This document shows positions 44,186 through 54,341 of a stretch of DNA of 64,000 bases, one piece after another; the stretch's first letter is position 1; each line of letters opens with the position of its first letter. The notes under the pieces are model-generated. The model was not told where the DNA came from. It saw only the letters and a program-made list of their open reading frames with translations, and ran no database searches. A program made the translations under genes and the position numbers. Location of the stretch: the NCBI GenBank assembly GCA_041946775.1, contig JBHGBA010000003.1, forward strand, positions 111,969 to 175,968. Reading direction: 5' to 3'. This DNA is from Terriglobales bacterium. Its GTDB lineage: Bacteria > Acidobacteriota > Terriglobia > Terriglobales > Acidobacteriaceae.

Positions 44186-44359
44186 CTGTCCCCGTTCTCG
44201 TTTCACGTTCCCAGTTTCCCGCCTTCCGCATGGTTCCTGGTCATACCGCGCCCCACCGGCACTGCGAAAGCGAATGGCAGCCACGAGTGACCGGAACTGA
44301 AAGACGGAAACTGGGAAAAGGAAAAAACGGGAAATGGGGGTGAACGGAAAAAGGAAAAC
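44186..44359. repeat. inverted heptamer arrays (CCCGTTC-like)n ... (GGAAACT/GGGAAAA-like)n
   Basis: Left arm about 44186-44229 and right arm about 44291-44359, ending 5 nt before the rhodanese stop codon. Confidence 0.7.
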
Positions 44360-44364
44360 TCACC

Positions 44365-45300
44365 CTACTTGCCGCTCATGACTTCGGTGTCTTTGGCGTG
44401 GTTCCACTCCTGCAACGAACCGTCGTAGAGCGAGACGTCGTAGCCCAGAAACTTGGCCACGAAATACCCATATGCGGCCTGGACGCCGGTATTGCAGTAG
44501 GTTACGACCTTCTTGCCCGGCGTGGCGCCGGCCGCGGCAAACAGTTCGCGCATCTCGGGCGTCGGTCGCAAGTCGGGGCTGTCGGGACGCTCGACCAACT
44601 TGTGCCAGTCCACATTGGTCGCGCCGGGGATGTGTCCGGCACGCCCCAGTCCGTGCTGTTGCCTGTGACCGGTATAGTCCTCCGTGGGACGCGTATCAAT
44701 CAGCGCCACCGTGTTCTGTCCAGCCGTCAGCTTGCGGGAATACTCCCGGACCTCCGGCAGTTGCGCTAAAACCTTTGGGTTCAGTCGCACCGTGAACTTC
44801 GCTGGCGCAAACTTGCGAACCACGTTGGTAACTGGACGTTCCTCGCGGCGCCATTTCTCCAGCCCGCCATCGAGCAGGGCAGCGCGGTCGCCATGGCCGA
44901 GATAGTCCAGCGTCCAGTACGCCCGCGCCGCCGACAGTCCTTCGCGATCGCCATAGAGGACCACGCGCGAGTCGTCACCTACGCCAAGGTCGGAAAACAG
45001 TTTCTGGAGGTCGGCAACGGGCGGTAGCTGATTGTTTAGCCCTTCGCGACTGACCGCGAGCTTATCGAACCAGAGGAACCGGGCGCCGGGAATGTGCGCC
45101 GCCTCGTAGTCCGCCCGCTTCTGGCCCACATGGATGACCACCACTGTTGGATCATTCATGTGGTCGGCGAGCCAGTCGGTAGATACCACCATGTTGGCCC
45201 GCAGCGGCGGGACCTTCACCTTCCGCTGCGCCGTGGCGGGCGAACCTGCAACCAGAAAAACCAGCAGAGCTACAACGGGGGCCCAGAAGCGCGGATTCAT
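44365..45300 (-). CDS. secreted tandem-rhodanese sulfurtransferase (SseA/thiosulfate sulfurtransferase-like)
   Basis: Signal peptide, two rhodanese domains and active-site loop CNTGVQA. Confidence 0.85.
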   Translation of the reverse strand: MNPRFWAPVVALLVFLVAGSPATAQRKVKVPPLRANMVVSTDWLADHMNDPTVVVIHVGQKRADYEAAHIPGARFLWFDKLAVSREGLNNQLPPVADLQKLFSDLGVGDDSRVVLYGDREGLSAARAYWTLDYLGHGDRAALLDGGLEKWRREERPVTNVVRKFAPAKFTVRLNPKVLAQLPEVREYSRKLTAGQNTVALIDTRPTEDYTGHRQQHGLGRAGHIPGATNVDWHKLVERPDSPDLRPTPEMRELFAAAGATPGKKVVTYCNTGVQAAYGYFVAKFLGYDVSLYDGSLQEWNHAKDTEVMSGK

Positions 45301-45310
45301 GCCGAATATT

Positions 45311-45550
45311 TTATGCCGAGCGGTGATCGGCGCGGAACTGGCGCGGCGTCTCGCACTCGGCTACGTTCTTCAGCCCGAGCTTCCTGAGAAACCACATTGC
45401 CGGACACCAGTTGGTGAACCCCGATTGCAGCAGGTTCAAGCCGACAAACGCGGTAAACAGCAGCCAGTATGGCGAAACCCAGTAACCCAGCGCCAGCGAC
45501 AGCAGCACAAACGCACCCGCTATCAACCGCAAACACCGTTCAATTGTCAT
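45311..45550 (-). CDS. DUF2892 (YgaP C-terminal-like) membrane protein
   Basis: 79 aa. RCLRLIAGAFVLL...GLNLLQSGFTNWCP matches the DUF2892 pattern. GGGAGG RBS. Confidence 0.7.
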   Translation of the reverse strand: MTIERCLRLIAGAFVLLSLALGYWVSPYWLLFTAFVGLNLLQSGFTNWCPAMWFLRKLGLKNVAECETPRQFRADHRSA

Positions 45551-45564
45551 CGTAACCTCCCGCT

Positions 45565-45640
45565 TGTCATCCTGGGGAGCGCTTCTGTCGCGCGCCGAAG
45601 GATCCAGGCGCGGACCGGCGCGCCTCGGGCCGGTTTTGCT
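45565..45640. repeat. copy 2 of the TGTCATCCTGRGG element
   Basis: See 39259-39335. Confidence 0.6.
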
Positions 45641-45713
45641 CGAGGCCTGAAGCGCCGACGCGAGCGACCTCTTCTCTTGCTTAAATGCAAGTTGAGCGGT
45701 GGTGTTACAGGTT

Positions 45714-48700
45714 CTACGCGACCGGTTCGGCAACATTCTGCGGCGCGGGCACGTGCGGCTGCGCCTTCCCCCAGCTCTCGCTGATGTAGTAGAGCACCGG
45801 CACCGCCATGCGCGAGAGCACGGTGGACGCGACTTCGCCCGCCATCAGCGAGATCGCCAAGCCCTGGAAGATCGGGTCGAACAGGATGACGCTCGCGCCG
45901 ACGACCACGGCCGCCGCAGTCAGCAGCATCGGACGGAAGCGCACCGCGCCCGCATCCACTACGGCGTCCTCCAGCGACATGCCTTGCTGCCGCCGCAGTT
46001 CGATGAAGTCCACCAGGATGATCGAGTTGCGCACGATGATGCCCGCGCCGGCGATGAAGCCGATCATCGAGGTTGCGGTAAAAAACGCACCCATTAGCGC
46101 GTGCGCCGGCAGGATGCCCACGAGGGTCAGCGGAATCGGCGCCATGATCACCAGCGGCGTCTTGAACGAGCCGAACCAGCCGACCACCAGCACGTAGATC
46201 AGCACCAGCACGGCGGCGAACGCCAGGCCCAAATCGCGAAAGACCTCGATGGTGATCTGCCACTCGCCGTCCCACTTCATCGAGTAGTGCTCGGTCGCTT
46301 CCGGCTGCGTCGAGTTGTAGATCTTGATGCCGAAGCCGTCCGGCGCTTTCAGCTCGCGCAGCGCCTCGTTCATCTTCATGATGGCGTACACCGGGCTTTC
46401 TTCCTGTCCGGCGACGTCGCCGATCACGTAGGTCACGTCCTGCAGGTTCTTGCGGTAACGGCTCAGGTCAATCGTGGTTTCTTTGGTGTTCGTGACTTCG
46501 CGCAGCGAGACCTGGCTGCCTGCGATGGTGGGCAGTTTGAGGTTGGCGAGTTCGTCAATGCCGCTGCGGTCGCTGCGCGAGAGGCGCACCAACACCGGAA
46601 CGTCCTCGCGAGAATTGGGCGAGTGCAGTAGTCCCGCTTCCGCTCCACTCAGCGCGATCTGCAACGTGCGGGTCACATCGGCTGCCGAGACGCCGTGCAG
46701 CGCGGCCTTGTCGAGGTCCACCTGCATGTCGTACCTGGTTTGCGGGTCCTCGACGTACCAATCAATGTCCACTACGCCCGGCGTGGTCTCGAGGATGCGC
46801 TTGATCTTCGCCGCCAACTCGACGCGGCCTTCGTGAGTCGGTCCGTACACTTCGGCGACCAGCGTGGCGAGCACCGGCGGGCCGGGCGGCACCTCCGAAA
46901 CTTTCACCCGGGCGCCGTAGGCCAAGCCGATCTTCTGCAACTCGGGCCGCAGGCGCTTGGCGATGTCGTGGCTCTGCGCGCTGCGTTCGTCTTTCGGCAG
47001 CAAGTTGACCTGGATGTCCGCCTGGTTCGGCTGACGGCGCAGATAGTAATGCCGCACCAGCCCGTTGAAGTTGTACGGGCCCGAAGTTCCTGAGTAGATC
47101 TGGTAATTGGTGACTTCCGGTTGAGTGGCAAGATAGCGGCCCAGCGCCTGCGCGACTTGCGTGGTCTGCTCGAGCGTAGTTCCGTCGGGCATGTCAATGA
47201 CGACCTGGAACTCGCTCTTGTTGTCGAAGGGTAGCATTTTCACGTGTACGAGCTTCAGCGGAACCAGTGCACACGCCAGCAGCAGCAGGACAACCACGCC
47301 CCCGAGGAAGAGATAGCGCTTGCGCGGGTGTTCGATCAGCGGCGTCATGACGCGGCGGTACGCGCGCGTGGTCCAGCCTTCGGCTTCGCGATGATGATTG
47401 CCTTCAGCAGCCGCGTAGTGCCGCAGCAGGCGCAACGCTGCCCACGGCGACACGACAAACGCCACGGCCAGCGAAAATAGCATGGCCGCCGAGGCGCCGA
47501 CTGGGATTGGCCGCATATACGGCCCCATCAGCCCGCTCACGAACGCCATCGGGAGAATGGCGGCAATCACGGTGAACGTGGCGAGGATGGTGGGATTGCC
47601 CACTTCATCTACAGCTTCGACTGCGACCGCGCTCAACGGGCGCCCGCGGTTTTCCGGCAGACGGAAGTGGCGAACGATGTTTTCGACTACGACAATGGCA
47701 TCGTCCACCAGGATGCCGATGGAGAAGATGAGCGCGAACAGGGTGACGCGGTTGAGCGTGTAGCCGAAGAAGTAAAAGATGGCGAGGGTGAGTGCCAGCG
47801 TCACCGGAATGGCGATGAGCACCACGCCGGACTCGCGCCAGCCCAGCGCCAGCGCGATCAGCAGCGTTACGGAAAGCGTCGCGATCAGCAGGTGCTTCAG
47901 CAGTTCGTCGGATTTCTCTTTCGCCGTGTCGCCGTAATTGCGCGTGATGCTTATGTTCAGGTCGTGGGGCAAAAGATAGCCGCGCAGGCCGTTGACTTTG
48001 TCCATCACGCGATGGGCAATGATCGTGGCGTTGGTGCCTTTACGTTTGGCAAAGGTGATGGTGACCGCCGGATACTCGCCTGCCGCTGCGCTGGCGTGGC
48101 CGTCGTGTTTCGCAATTACAGCAGCGGCGCCTTTGCCATTGCCATAGAGCACGTAGGAATCAGGCTCGGCCGGACCGTCGTCGAGTTTCTCGACGACATC
48201 TTTCAGATACACCGGGCGCCCGCCGTGAACGCCAACGACCACTTGTTGCAGCTCCTGTGAGCTGGTGAAAAAGCGCCCGGCTTCTACCTGGAATTCGCGG
48301 TTGTCGCGCGCGAAACTGCCCGCCACTCCACGCGCATTGGCGCTCTGTAGCTGCATGAGAACAGCGGCCGGCGTGAGAGCGTAGGCCGCGAGTTTCTGCG
48401 TATCGAGCACCACTCGCACCTGGCGCGGCAGGCCGCCGATCAGCGTGGTTTCGGCAACGTCGTCCACCTGCTTGAGCGTGTGTTCGAGTTCGCCGGCGAC
48501 GCGCCGCAACTGGTACGCGTTATAATTAGGCCCCCAAAGCGTGAGCGCCAGGATGGGCACGTCGTCAATAGAGCGCACCTTGATGATGGGTTGCGAAACG
48601 CCCGGCGGAATGCGGTCGAAGTTTGAATAAAGTTTGTTGTAGGTCTTTACGATCGCATCTTCTTCGTTCGTGCCCACGTAGAAGCGCACGATCACCAGGC

Positions 48701-49004
48701 TCATGCCGGGATGCGAAATGGAGTAGAGATACTCGACGCCGGGGACTTCGCGCAGCAGTTTCTCCATCGGCACGGAGACGCGCTGCTCCACTTCGCTGGC
48801 CGATGCCCCCGGCATCTGGACCATCACGTCGAGCATCGGCACTTTGATCTGCGGCTCTTCCTCGCGCGGGGTCTGCCACACGGCAAATGCGCCCAGCAGC
48901 AGCGACGCCGCGATGGTGAGCGGCGTCAGCTTCGAGGTGATGAAGGCTTGGGCGATCTTGCCTGCCAACCGCAGCTTGGAGATGTTCTCGTCTGCTCTAT
49001 TCAT
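45714..49004 (-). CDS. RND efflux transporter permease (AcrB/CzcA superfamily)
   Basis: About 1096 aa with 12-TM RND architecture and two large periplasmic loops. Confidence 0.95.
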   Translation of the reverse strand: MNRADENISKLRLAGKIAQAFITSKLTPLTIAASLLLGAFAVWQTPREEEPQIKVPMLDVMVQMPGASASEVEQRVSVPMEKLLREVPGVEYLYSISHPGMSLVIVRFYVGTNEEDAIVKTYNKLYSNFDRIPPGVSQPIIKVRSIDDVPILALTLWGPNYNAYQLRRVAGELEHTLKQVDDVAETTLIGGLPRQVRVVLDTQKLAAYALTPAAVLMQLQSANARGVAGSFARDNREFQVEAGRFFTSSQELQQVVVGVHGGRPVYLKDVVEKLDDGPAEPDSYVLYGNGKGAAAVIAKHDGHASAAAGEYPAVTITFAKRKGTNATIIAHRVMDKVNGLRGYLLPHDLNISITRNYGDTAKEKSDELLKHLLIATLSVTLLIALALGWRESGVVLIAIPVTLALTLAIFYFFGYTLNRVTLFALIFSIGILVDDAIVVVENIVRHFRLPENRGRPLSAVAVEAVDEVGNPTILATFTVIAAILPMAFVSGLMGPYMRPIPVGASAAMLFSLAVAFVVSPWAALRLLRHYAAAEGNHHREAEGWTTRAYRRVMTPLIEHPRKRYLFLGGVVVLLLLACALVPLKLVHVKMLPFDNKSEFQVVIDMPDGTTLEQTTQVAQALGRYLATQPEVTNYQIYSGTSGPYNFNGLVRHYYLRRQPNQADIQVNLLPKDERSAQSHDIAKRLRPELQKIGLAYGARVKVSEVPPGPPVLATLVAEVYGPTHEGRVELAAKIKRILETTPGVVDIDWYVEDPQTRYDMQVDLDKAALHGVSAADVTRTLQIALSGAEAGLLHSPNSREDVPVLVRLSRSDRSGIDELANLKLPTIAGSQVSLREVTNTKETTIDLSRYRKNLQDVTYVIGDVAGQEESPVYAIMKMNEALRELKAPDGFGIKIYNSTQPEATEHYSMKWDGEWQITIEVFRDLGLAFAAVLVLIYVLVVGWFGSFKTPLVIMAPIPLTLVGILPAHALMGAFFTATSMIGFIAGAGIIVRNSIILVDFIELRRQQGMSLEDAVVDAGAVRFRPMLLTAAAVVVGASVILFDPIFQGLAISLMAGEVASTVLSRMAVPVLYYISESWGKAQPHVPAPQNVAEPVA

Positions 49005-49016
49005 CAGCAATCACCG

Positions 49017-49088
49017 AACGCAAAGGGCGCAAAGGACGCGGAGGAAAGGTTGACGACTCGGGCCCGCCGTCGGGACAGCGGGCGCTAC
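49017..49088. repeat. copy 2 of the CGCAAAGG...GGGCCCGCCGTCGGGACAGCGGGCGCTAC element
   Basis: On the minus strand it begins immediately after the adaptor-gene stop codon (TAG-GTAGCGCC...). Confidence 0.75.
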
Positions 49089-50207
49089 CTACTCGATCTT
49101 CTTGCCGCTCAAATCGCGGGTGTCGGGTGTGGCCACCAGCGCATCACCGGGTTTCAATCCGGAGAGCACTTCAACGGCGTCACCCTGCGGCCTGCCAAGC
49201 GTCACGTAGCGCAACTCGGCGATCTTGTCTTGTCCGAGTACATAGACCGCCTGCAACTGCCCGCGGTCCACCACTGCCGTGCGCGGCACGACCAGCGACT
49301 CACGTTTGCCGCGGTCAAAGTAGGCGCGCCCGAACAGGCCGGAACGCACCTGCGCATTCGCCGGTAGTTCCACCTTGACGACAAAGCTGCGTGAGCCGGG
49401 ATCGGCAGCGGGTACGATTTGTACGACTTTGCCCTCGAGGCGCGTGTTACCCAGGGCATCAATCTGAATAGGCACCGTCTCGCCCGCCTTGACGTAGCGC
49501 AGGCTGCTTTCGTCCACTGTGGCTTCCAGCCGGAAGCGGCCAGTCTTCTCGATGGTCAGCAACGGCATGCCCGGAGCGGCGAGCGCACCGGGATCCACAC
49601 GCTTTTCCGTGACCACGCCGTCAAAGGGCGAGCGGATGCGTGTGTAATCCATCGTGGTTTTCGCCTGTGCCAGTGCAGCTTTGGCTTGCGCCTGTCCGGC
49701 TTTCGCCATCTCGCGCCGCGCCGCTGCCGCGTCATAGCGCGCCTTCACTTCGTCGAATTCCTGCGGGCTGACGGCCTTCTTCGCCTGGAGATCCTGGTAG
49801 CGCTTCAGCGTGGCAGAAGCCAGCGCGTGGCCGGATTCGGCGGCCACTGCCTCGTGATCGGAAGCGTTCACCGCCGCCTGGGCGCGCTCCAATCCGGCGC
49901 GTGGCTGTGCATCGTCAATGACGGCCAGCACCTGCCCGCGGCTGACGCGATCGCCTTCGCGCACATTGACCGCAACCACGTTGCCCATGATCTGTGCCGC
50001 CAGCGACGCGCTTTCCGAGGCGCGCACCGTGCCCACGGCCTCAAAGTAGTCGGGTACGGCCGCCAGGTTCGCGGTCATCACAGCCACGCCGCGCACGACT
50101 TCGGGCGCAGCAGCGGCCTGGGGCTTATCCGATGAGCAGGAGGTTGCTCCACCGGTGAGAGCGAGCAACAACATCGCCCACGTGATCTGGAGAACTGCTC
50201 TGCGCAT
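49089..50207 (-). CDS. RND efflux periplasmic adaptor (HlyD/MFP family) lipoprotein
   Basis: Lipobox LTGGATSC, coiled-coil hairpin and beta-barrel motifs. Confidence 0.9.
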   Translation of the reverse strand: MRRAVLQITWAMLLLALTGGATSCSSDKPQAAAAPEVVRGVAVMTANLAAVPDYFEAVGTVRASESASLAAQIMGNVVAVNVREGDRVSRGQVLAVIDDAQPRAGLERAQAAVNASDHEAVAAESGHALASATLKRYQDLQAKKAVSPQEFDEVKARYDAAAARREMAKAGQAQAKAALAQAKTTMDYTRIRSPFDGVVTEKRVDPGALAAPGMPLLTIEKTGRFRLEATVDESSLRYVKAGETVPIQIDALGNTRLEGKVVQIVPAADPGSRSFVVKVELPANAQVRSGLFGRAYFDRGKRESLVVPRTAVVDRGQLQAVYVLGQDKIAELRYVTLGRPQGDAVEVLSGLKPGDALVATPDTRDLSGKKIE

Positions 50208-50232
50208 AGCTGCTTCCTCTGCGTAAAACTCT

Positions 50233-51639
50233 CTACTGCAACACTGGTGAATTGGCGTTCAGCGTACCCATCGCCAGCTCGAGGTTGGCGAACGCCGTCT
50301 GATACGCGAACACCGCCTGCCAGTAATCAGTGCGCGTCCGCCGCGTGGCTTCCTCGGCGCGCAGCAAGTCGGTGATGGTCGTCAGACCCGCTTCATAGCG
50401 CGTCTGGTTCAGACGCAGGCTTTCGTCCGACTGCGCGATAGACGCGCGGGCAACCTCGACCTGCTGGCGTGCGGCGTCGAAGTCGTACCAGGCCTTGCGT
50501 ACGTCGAGGCGAACACCATCAATCGCCGCCTGCCGCATCGCGGCGAGTTTTTCCCGCATAGCTTTCTGCCGTTCAAGTGCCGCCGCTTTCGCGCCGCCGG
50601 TGAACAGGTCGAACTGCAACTCGATTCCGCCAACCCAGTTGTTGCTGCCGCCTCCGGCGAAGAGCGTGGGGTTGTCCTGCTCCCAGCCAGCAAACGCGCT
50701 TAAGCGCGGCAGGAACGCGGACTTTGCCATGCGCACGCCGGTTTCCTGCGCCGACTGCTGGAGCTCAATTTCCTTGAGGTCGGGACGCGAGGCGAGCGCG
50801 CGCCGTTCGGCCTCGGCCAGTGGCACGATTTCCAGCGCGCGTTCCGCCAACGTCGCCCTGGGAGCGTAGTTGATATCGGCGGAAACTCCCATCGCTACAT
50901 TCAGTTGCGCCTGCGCCAGAGCAACGGCATTCGTGGCGCGGATCAGTTCCTGACGCCGCGTAGCCTGGTTGACCTGCGCGGCCAGGTAATCGGCCTCAAC
51001 CACCAGACCTGCCTCGTAGCGCGTGCGGCTGAAGTGCAGGATGGAGTCGGCCGTCTGCACCTGCTGTTGCGCGAGTTCCTGCTGCTTGGTGGCCAGCAGC
51101 AGGCCGTAATACGCGTTGACTACGCGCAGCACGGTTTCCTGCTCGGTGCGCTCCAGTTGCCGCGCCGCGATGTCTTTCATGGTCCGCGTGCGGCGGACGT
51201 TCAGCCAGTCAGGCGCCTGAAACAGGTTCCACTGTCCTGCCAGCCGGGTGGTGAAGTTTCCGAGGGGCAGGGGACTGTTGAGCCGGTTCAGTGCGAAGTC
51301 TTCGGCGGTGAAGCGACCCTGGCGCAAGCGGGTGCCGAAGGCGTACACCGGATCGTTGCCGCGTGTGGCCGTCTCGGAAAAGGTCAGCCGTGGCAGCAGG
51401 GCTGCACGCGCTTCGCGTATGCCGGCGGCGGCAACTTTCTGTTCCGCCAACGCCGCCTTGCGCAACGGGTTCTTTTCCAGCGCGACGGTCACCGCCTCTT
51501 TCAGGCTGAGCGGAGTAGTGGCTCCGCCCACGCGTACGTCGGCTCCAGTGAGCGCCCCCGTGGAGACCGCAGGCGCCGGCGCTTGCGCGACCGCGGTTAC
51601 GGCAAACATCAGCAACATCGCGAGACAAATCTGCCGCAT
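50233..51639 (-). CDS. TolC-family outer membrane efflux protein
   Basis: Signal peptide MRQICLAMLLMFAVTAVAQA and duplicated TolC repeat structure. Confidence 0.85.
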   Translation of the reverse strand: MRQICLAMLLMFAVTAVAQAPAPAVSTGALTGADVRVGGATTPLSLKEAVTVALEKNPLRKAALAEQKVAAAGIREARAALLPRLTFSETATRGNDPVYAFGTRLRQGRFTAEDFALNRLNSPLPLGNFTTRLAGQWNLFQAPDWLNVRRTRTMKDIAARQLERTEQETVLRVVNAYYGLLLATKQQELAQQQVQTADSILHFSRTRYEAGLVVEADYLAAQVNQATRRQELIRATNAVALAQAQLNVAMGVSADINYAPRATLAERALEIVPLAEAERRALASRPDLKEIELQQSAQETGVRMAKSAFLPRLSAFAGWEQDNPTLFAGGGSNNWVGGIELQFDLFTGGAKAAALERQKAMREKLAAMRQAAIDGVRLDVRKAWYDFDAARQQVEVARASIAQSDESLRLNQTRYEAGLTTITDLLRAEEATRRTRTDYWQAVFAYQTAFANLELAMGTLNANSPVLQ

Positions 51640-51652
51640 ACGGGCCACCCGG

Positions 51653-52105
51653 CTACCGCCCTGCCGCTGCGCCATCCGCCTGTGCGCCGGCCTCGATGAT
51701 TTCAAACGTGGTAACCAGCTTCGCCGTCTTGTTTACCATGTTGCCCACCGAGCAGTACTTTTCTTCGGACAGGTGGAGCGCGTCTTCGACAGCCTTAGCG
51801 TCAATCGCGTGGCCGGTGAGGACATGGCGGATACGGACTTCGGTGAACACCGCCGGGGGTTGCGGCGCCTGTTCAGCTTCGACGAACACTTCATACGCCG
51901 TGACCTGTTGCCGCTTCTTGCGCAGGATGTTAATGACGTCGAACGCGGTGCAGCCGGCCAGCCCGGCGGCTACCAGTTCTATCGGCTTGGGGCCGGTCGC
52001 GCCGTCTTTGTCGTCTATCAGCAGGTAATGCCCGCCGCCCGTGCGTGCCACGAACTGCCGCCCGGTTCCTGCGGGTTGGGTCAACGTAACTTTTGCCTCG
52101 ATCAT
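51653..52105 (-). CDS. OsmC-family peroxiredoxin-like protein
   Basis: GGAGG RBS. LAGCTAFD and EKYCSV contain the conserved Cys pair. Confidence 0.85.
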   Translation of the reverse strand: MIEAKVTLTQPAGTGRQFVARTGGGHYLLIDDKDGATGPKPIELVAAGLAGCTAFDVINILRKKRQQVTAYEVFVEAEQAPQPPAVFTEVRIRHVLTGHAIDAKAVEDALHLSEEKYCSVGNMVNKTAKLVTTFEIIEAGAQADGAAAGR

Positions 52106-52191
52106 GTCGCCTCCGTGGGGCCTCATGGAATGAATGCGTACCGCGCGAAAGTATTACAAAACAGGTGCAAAACTCAGTGATAGCTACGAAA

Positions 52192-52273
52192 GCGCAAAGG
52201 ACACGAAGGCTGCAAAAGACGCAAAGTTAACCGGGAGAAAACCGGGGCCCGCCGCCGGGACGGCAGCGCTACG
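52192..52273. repeat. copy 3 of the CGCAAAGGACACGAAGGC...GGGGCCCGCCGCCGGGACGGCAGCGCTAC element
   Basis: On the minus strand it begins 3 nt after the sigma-factor stop codon. Confidence 0.75.
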
Positions 52274-52276
52274 GGG

Positions 52277-53203
52277 TTATTTCCCGGCCAAGGCTTTTTG
52301 GAATTCGCCCAGAATGCGGCGGCGGATCTCGCTCGCGGTGCGGGGGTCGGGACGAACCGTCTCGAGCTTGCGGGTCTGCTCGACCGTATTCTTCAGGGTG
52401 GCAAGAAAGGCCTGGCAGGGCTTGCAGTCGTCCATGTGGCGCTCGAGTTCCTCGCACATCGAGTCGTCCAGCGCGCCATCAAGGTAGTCGGAGAGTTGCG
52501 CAAACATCTGTTTGCAGGCGCCCGGACGGTGCGCGGCTTCCGCGCCGGTCCGCCGTCCATCCGCACCGGCTCGGGCCTTCGGGCGCCGGCGCGGGGCGGG
52601 CTTTGTGGTAGTTACCCCAGCTTTCGCTTCTGCCTCGGCCAGTTCCTTGCGCACGAACAGCCGCGCCCGGTGCAGACGCACGCGGACGTTGCCCTCTTTC
52701 AACCGAGTGATGCGGGCAATCTCCTGGGTGGAAAGCTCCTCCATGTCGTGCAGAACGAGAATGAGCCGATATTCCGGCGGCAGCTTCAGGATGGCCTGGC
52801 GCAACAGTTCGCCGCGTTCGCTCTCCAGCAGCGCGGATTCCGGCGAAGCCTCGCCGGATGCCATGGCCGCCAGGTGGTCAAGTTCGGCGGCGTCGGGCAT
52901 CAGTTCCTCAAGCGAAAGCTCTTCACGCGGAGCGAACTTGCTCTTGCGGCGCGACATCAAGCAGCGGTTCTTGGCGACCGTGTACAACCACACGGCCAGG
53001 GCTTTCGGGGAGTCGAACTTGGGCAGGTAGGGGACGGACTTGAGCAGCACGTCCTGCATGGTATCTTCGGCGTCCTCGCGCTGGCCGCAGACCTTCATGG
53101 AAAACGAAAAGACCGTGTCCTGTAGCAGGGTCAGCGCCTGTTCGAGGGCGCCCGGCTGGCCCGATTGCAGCAACGAAACCGCGTTTTCCACTTCCGCCCG
53201 CAT
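52277..53203 (-). CDS. ECF-type sigma-70 factor fused to a C-terminal zinc anti-sigma (ZAS, HxxxCxxC) domain
   Basis: Sigma region 2 (DVLLKSV...WLYTVAKNRC) and region 4 (EIARITRLKEGNVRVRLHRAR). A basic linker follows, then LSDYLDG...HMDDCKPC. No TM segment. Confidence 0.8.
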   Translation of the reverse strand: MRAEVENAVSLLQSGQPGALEQALTLLQDTVFSFSMKVCGQREDAEDTMQDVLLKSVPYLPKFDSPKALAVWLYTVAKNRCLMSRRKSKFAPREELSLEELMPDAAELDHLAAMASGEASPESALLESERGELLRQAILKLPPEYRLILVLHDMEELSTQEIARITRLKEGNVRVRLHRARLFVRKELAEAEAKAGVTTTKPAPRRRPKARAGADGRRTGAEAAHRPGACKQMFAQLSDYLDGALDDSMCEELERHMDDCKPCQAFLATLKNTVEQTRKLETVRPDPRTASEIRRRILGEFQKALAGK

Positions 53204-53616
53204 CACTCCCCCATGACCTTGACGATCAGACGCTTGTCCCGCTGCCCGTCGAACTCAGCGTAGAAGATGCGCTGCCAGGGACCGAGATCCAGCCGGCCAT
53301 TGGTAATCGGCACGACGACCTGATGGTGCACCAGCATGCTCTTCAGGTGAGCGTCGGCATTGTCTTCGCCGGTCTGGTGATGGCGGTAGTCGGGCCGCGT
53401 GGGCGCTAGATGTTCGAGCCAGCGATCAATGTCCTCGATCAGGCCGCTCTCATTGTCGTTCACGTAAACTCCGGCGGTGATGTGCATGGCCGAGACCAGT
53501 GCCATACCCTCCTTCACGCCACTCTTTCTCACGATCGCTTCCACCTGGGGTGTGATGTGAACATATTCGCGGCGCTTTCTGGTATGCATCGTCAGGTATT
53601 CGGTATGCGATTTCAT
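53203..53616 (-). CDS. yjbQ: YjbQ/UPF0047 family protein (secondary thiamine-phosphate synthase)
   Basis: [15 protein letters not shown] and DADAHLKS-type motifs. Both its start and its stop overlap the neighbouring genes. Confidence 0.85.
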   Translation of the reverse strand: MKSHTEYLTMHTRKRREYVHITPQVEAIVRKSGVKEGMALVSAMHITAGVYVNDNESGLIEDIDRWLEHLAPTRPDYRHHQTGEDNADAHLKSMLVHHQVVVPITNGRLDLGPWQRIFYAEFDGQRDKRLIVKVMGE

Positions 53617-54233
53617 TACGATGCGCTCGTGGTCACGTTCGGCGCCTGCTCTGCGGCGCTGCGCAGCTCCCGCCAAAGCTCTTCTTTGCCGGCGCCGGTC
53701 TTCGATGAGTAGGCGAGTATGCGGTCGGTCTGGAAGGCCTTCTTGAATTTCTCCAGCGCGTTGCGCAACTGGTTGTTGGAGACGCGGTCACTCTTGGTGC
53801 CGACGATCAGGAAACCACGCCCGACCTGACGGAGGAAGTCGATGAGCTGAAGGTCGCGCTCCTGCGGGGAGATGTTGATATCAACCAGGCAGACGCACAG
53901 CACCAGCGTCGGGCGCTCGCGGAGATATGGGTCAATGAAATTGGGCCATTCGGCGGTCAGTTCGCGTGGCAGCTTGGCGTAGCCGTAGCCCGGCAGGTCG
54001 GCAAAGATGTACTCCGGCTTCGGAGCGCCCTGGCGGCGGACAGCGAAGAAATTGATGGTCCGCGTACGCCCCGGTGTGCTGCTGGTCTTCGCCACCTTTT
54101 CGCCCAGCAGGGAATTGATCACGCTAGATTTCCCCACGTTGGAGCGCCCCAGAAAAGCGAATTCGGGAACAGATGGCGGCGGAAACTGGCGAGGCTCCGC
54201 CGCCGAAGTCAAAAACTTCCATAGGTAGCGCAC
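53616..54233 (-). CDS. engB: ribosome biogenesis GTPase YsxC/EngB
   Basis: G1 [10 protein letters not shown]3 DLPGYG, G4 TKSD. Confidence 0.9.
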   Translation of the reverse strand: MRYLWKFLTSAAEPRQFPPPSVPEFAFLGRSNVGKSSVINSLLGEKVAKTSSTPGRTRTINFFAVRRQGAPKPEYIFADLPGYGYAKLPRELTAEWPNFIDPYLRERPTLVLCVCLVDINISPQERDLQLIDFLRQVGRGFLIVGTKSDRVSNNQLRNALEKFKKAFQTDRILAYSSKTGAGKEELWRELRSAAEQAPNVTTSAS

Positions 54234-54341
54234 ACTGATAGTTTCAGGTGTCAGGTTGTAACTTGCAAGTGGTCAGGACCACTTACCTGAAGTAACAAGG
54301 CACGCCACTAAGGCGGGCCGCGGCCTAGAGGCAGCCGAGAA

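Noticed and set aside
43054-44364. Search for a sigma-54 promoter upstream of the FeS gene and the cytochrome c gene (expected because two EBPs are encoded nearby)
   Set aside because: I found no GG-N10-GC match with acceptable flanks on the minus strand. The only spacing-correct hit (revcomp of about 44181-44196, CGGGGACAGGATTGC) matches only GG and TTGC and sits in a repeat arm.
54234-54341. Hairpin AAGTGGT-cagg-ACCACTT and palindrome AGGCCGCGGCCT between lon and engB, as a terminator
   Set aside because: There is no T-tract after the stem on the transcribed (minus) strand, so I did not annotate it. It may still be a regulatory site.
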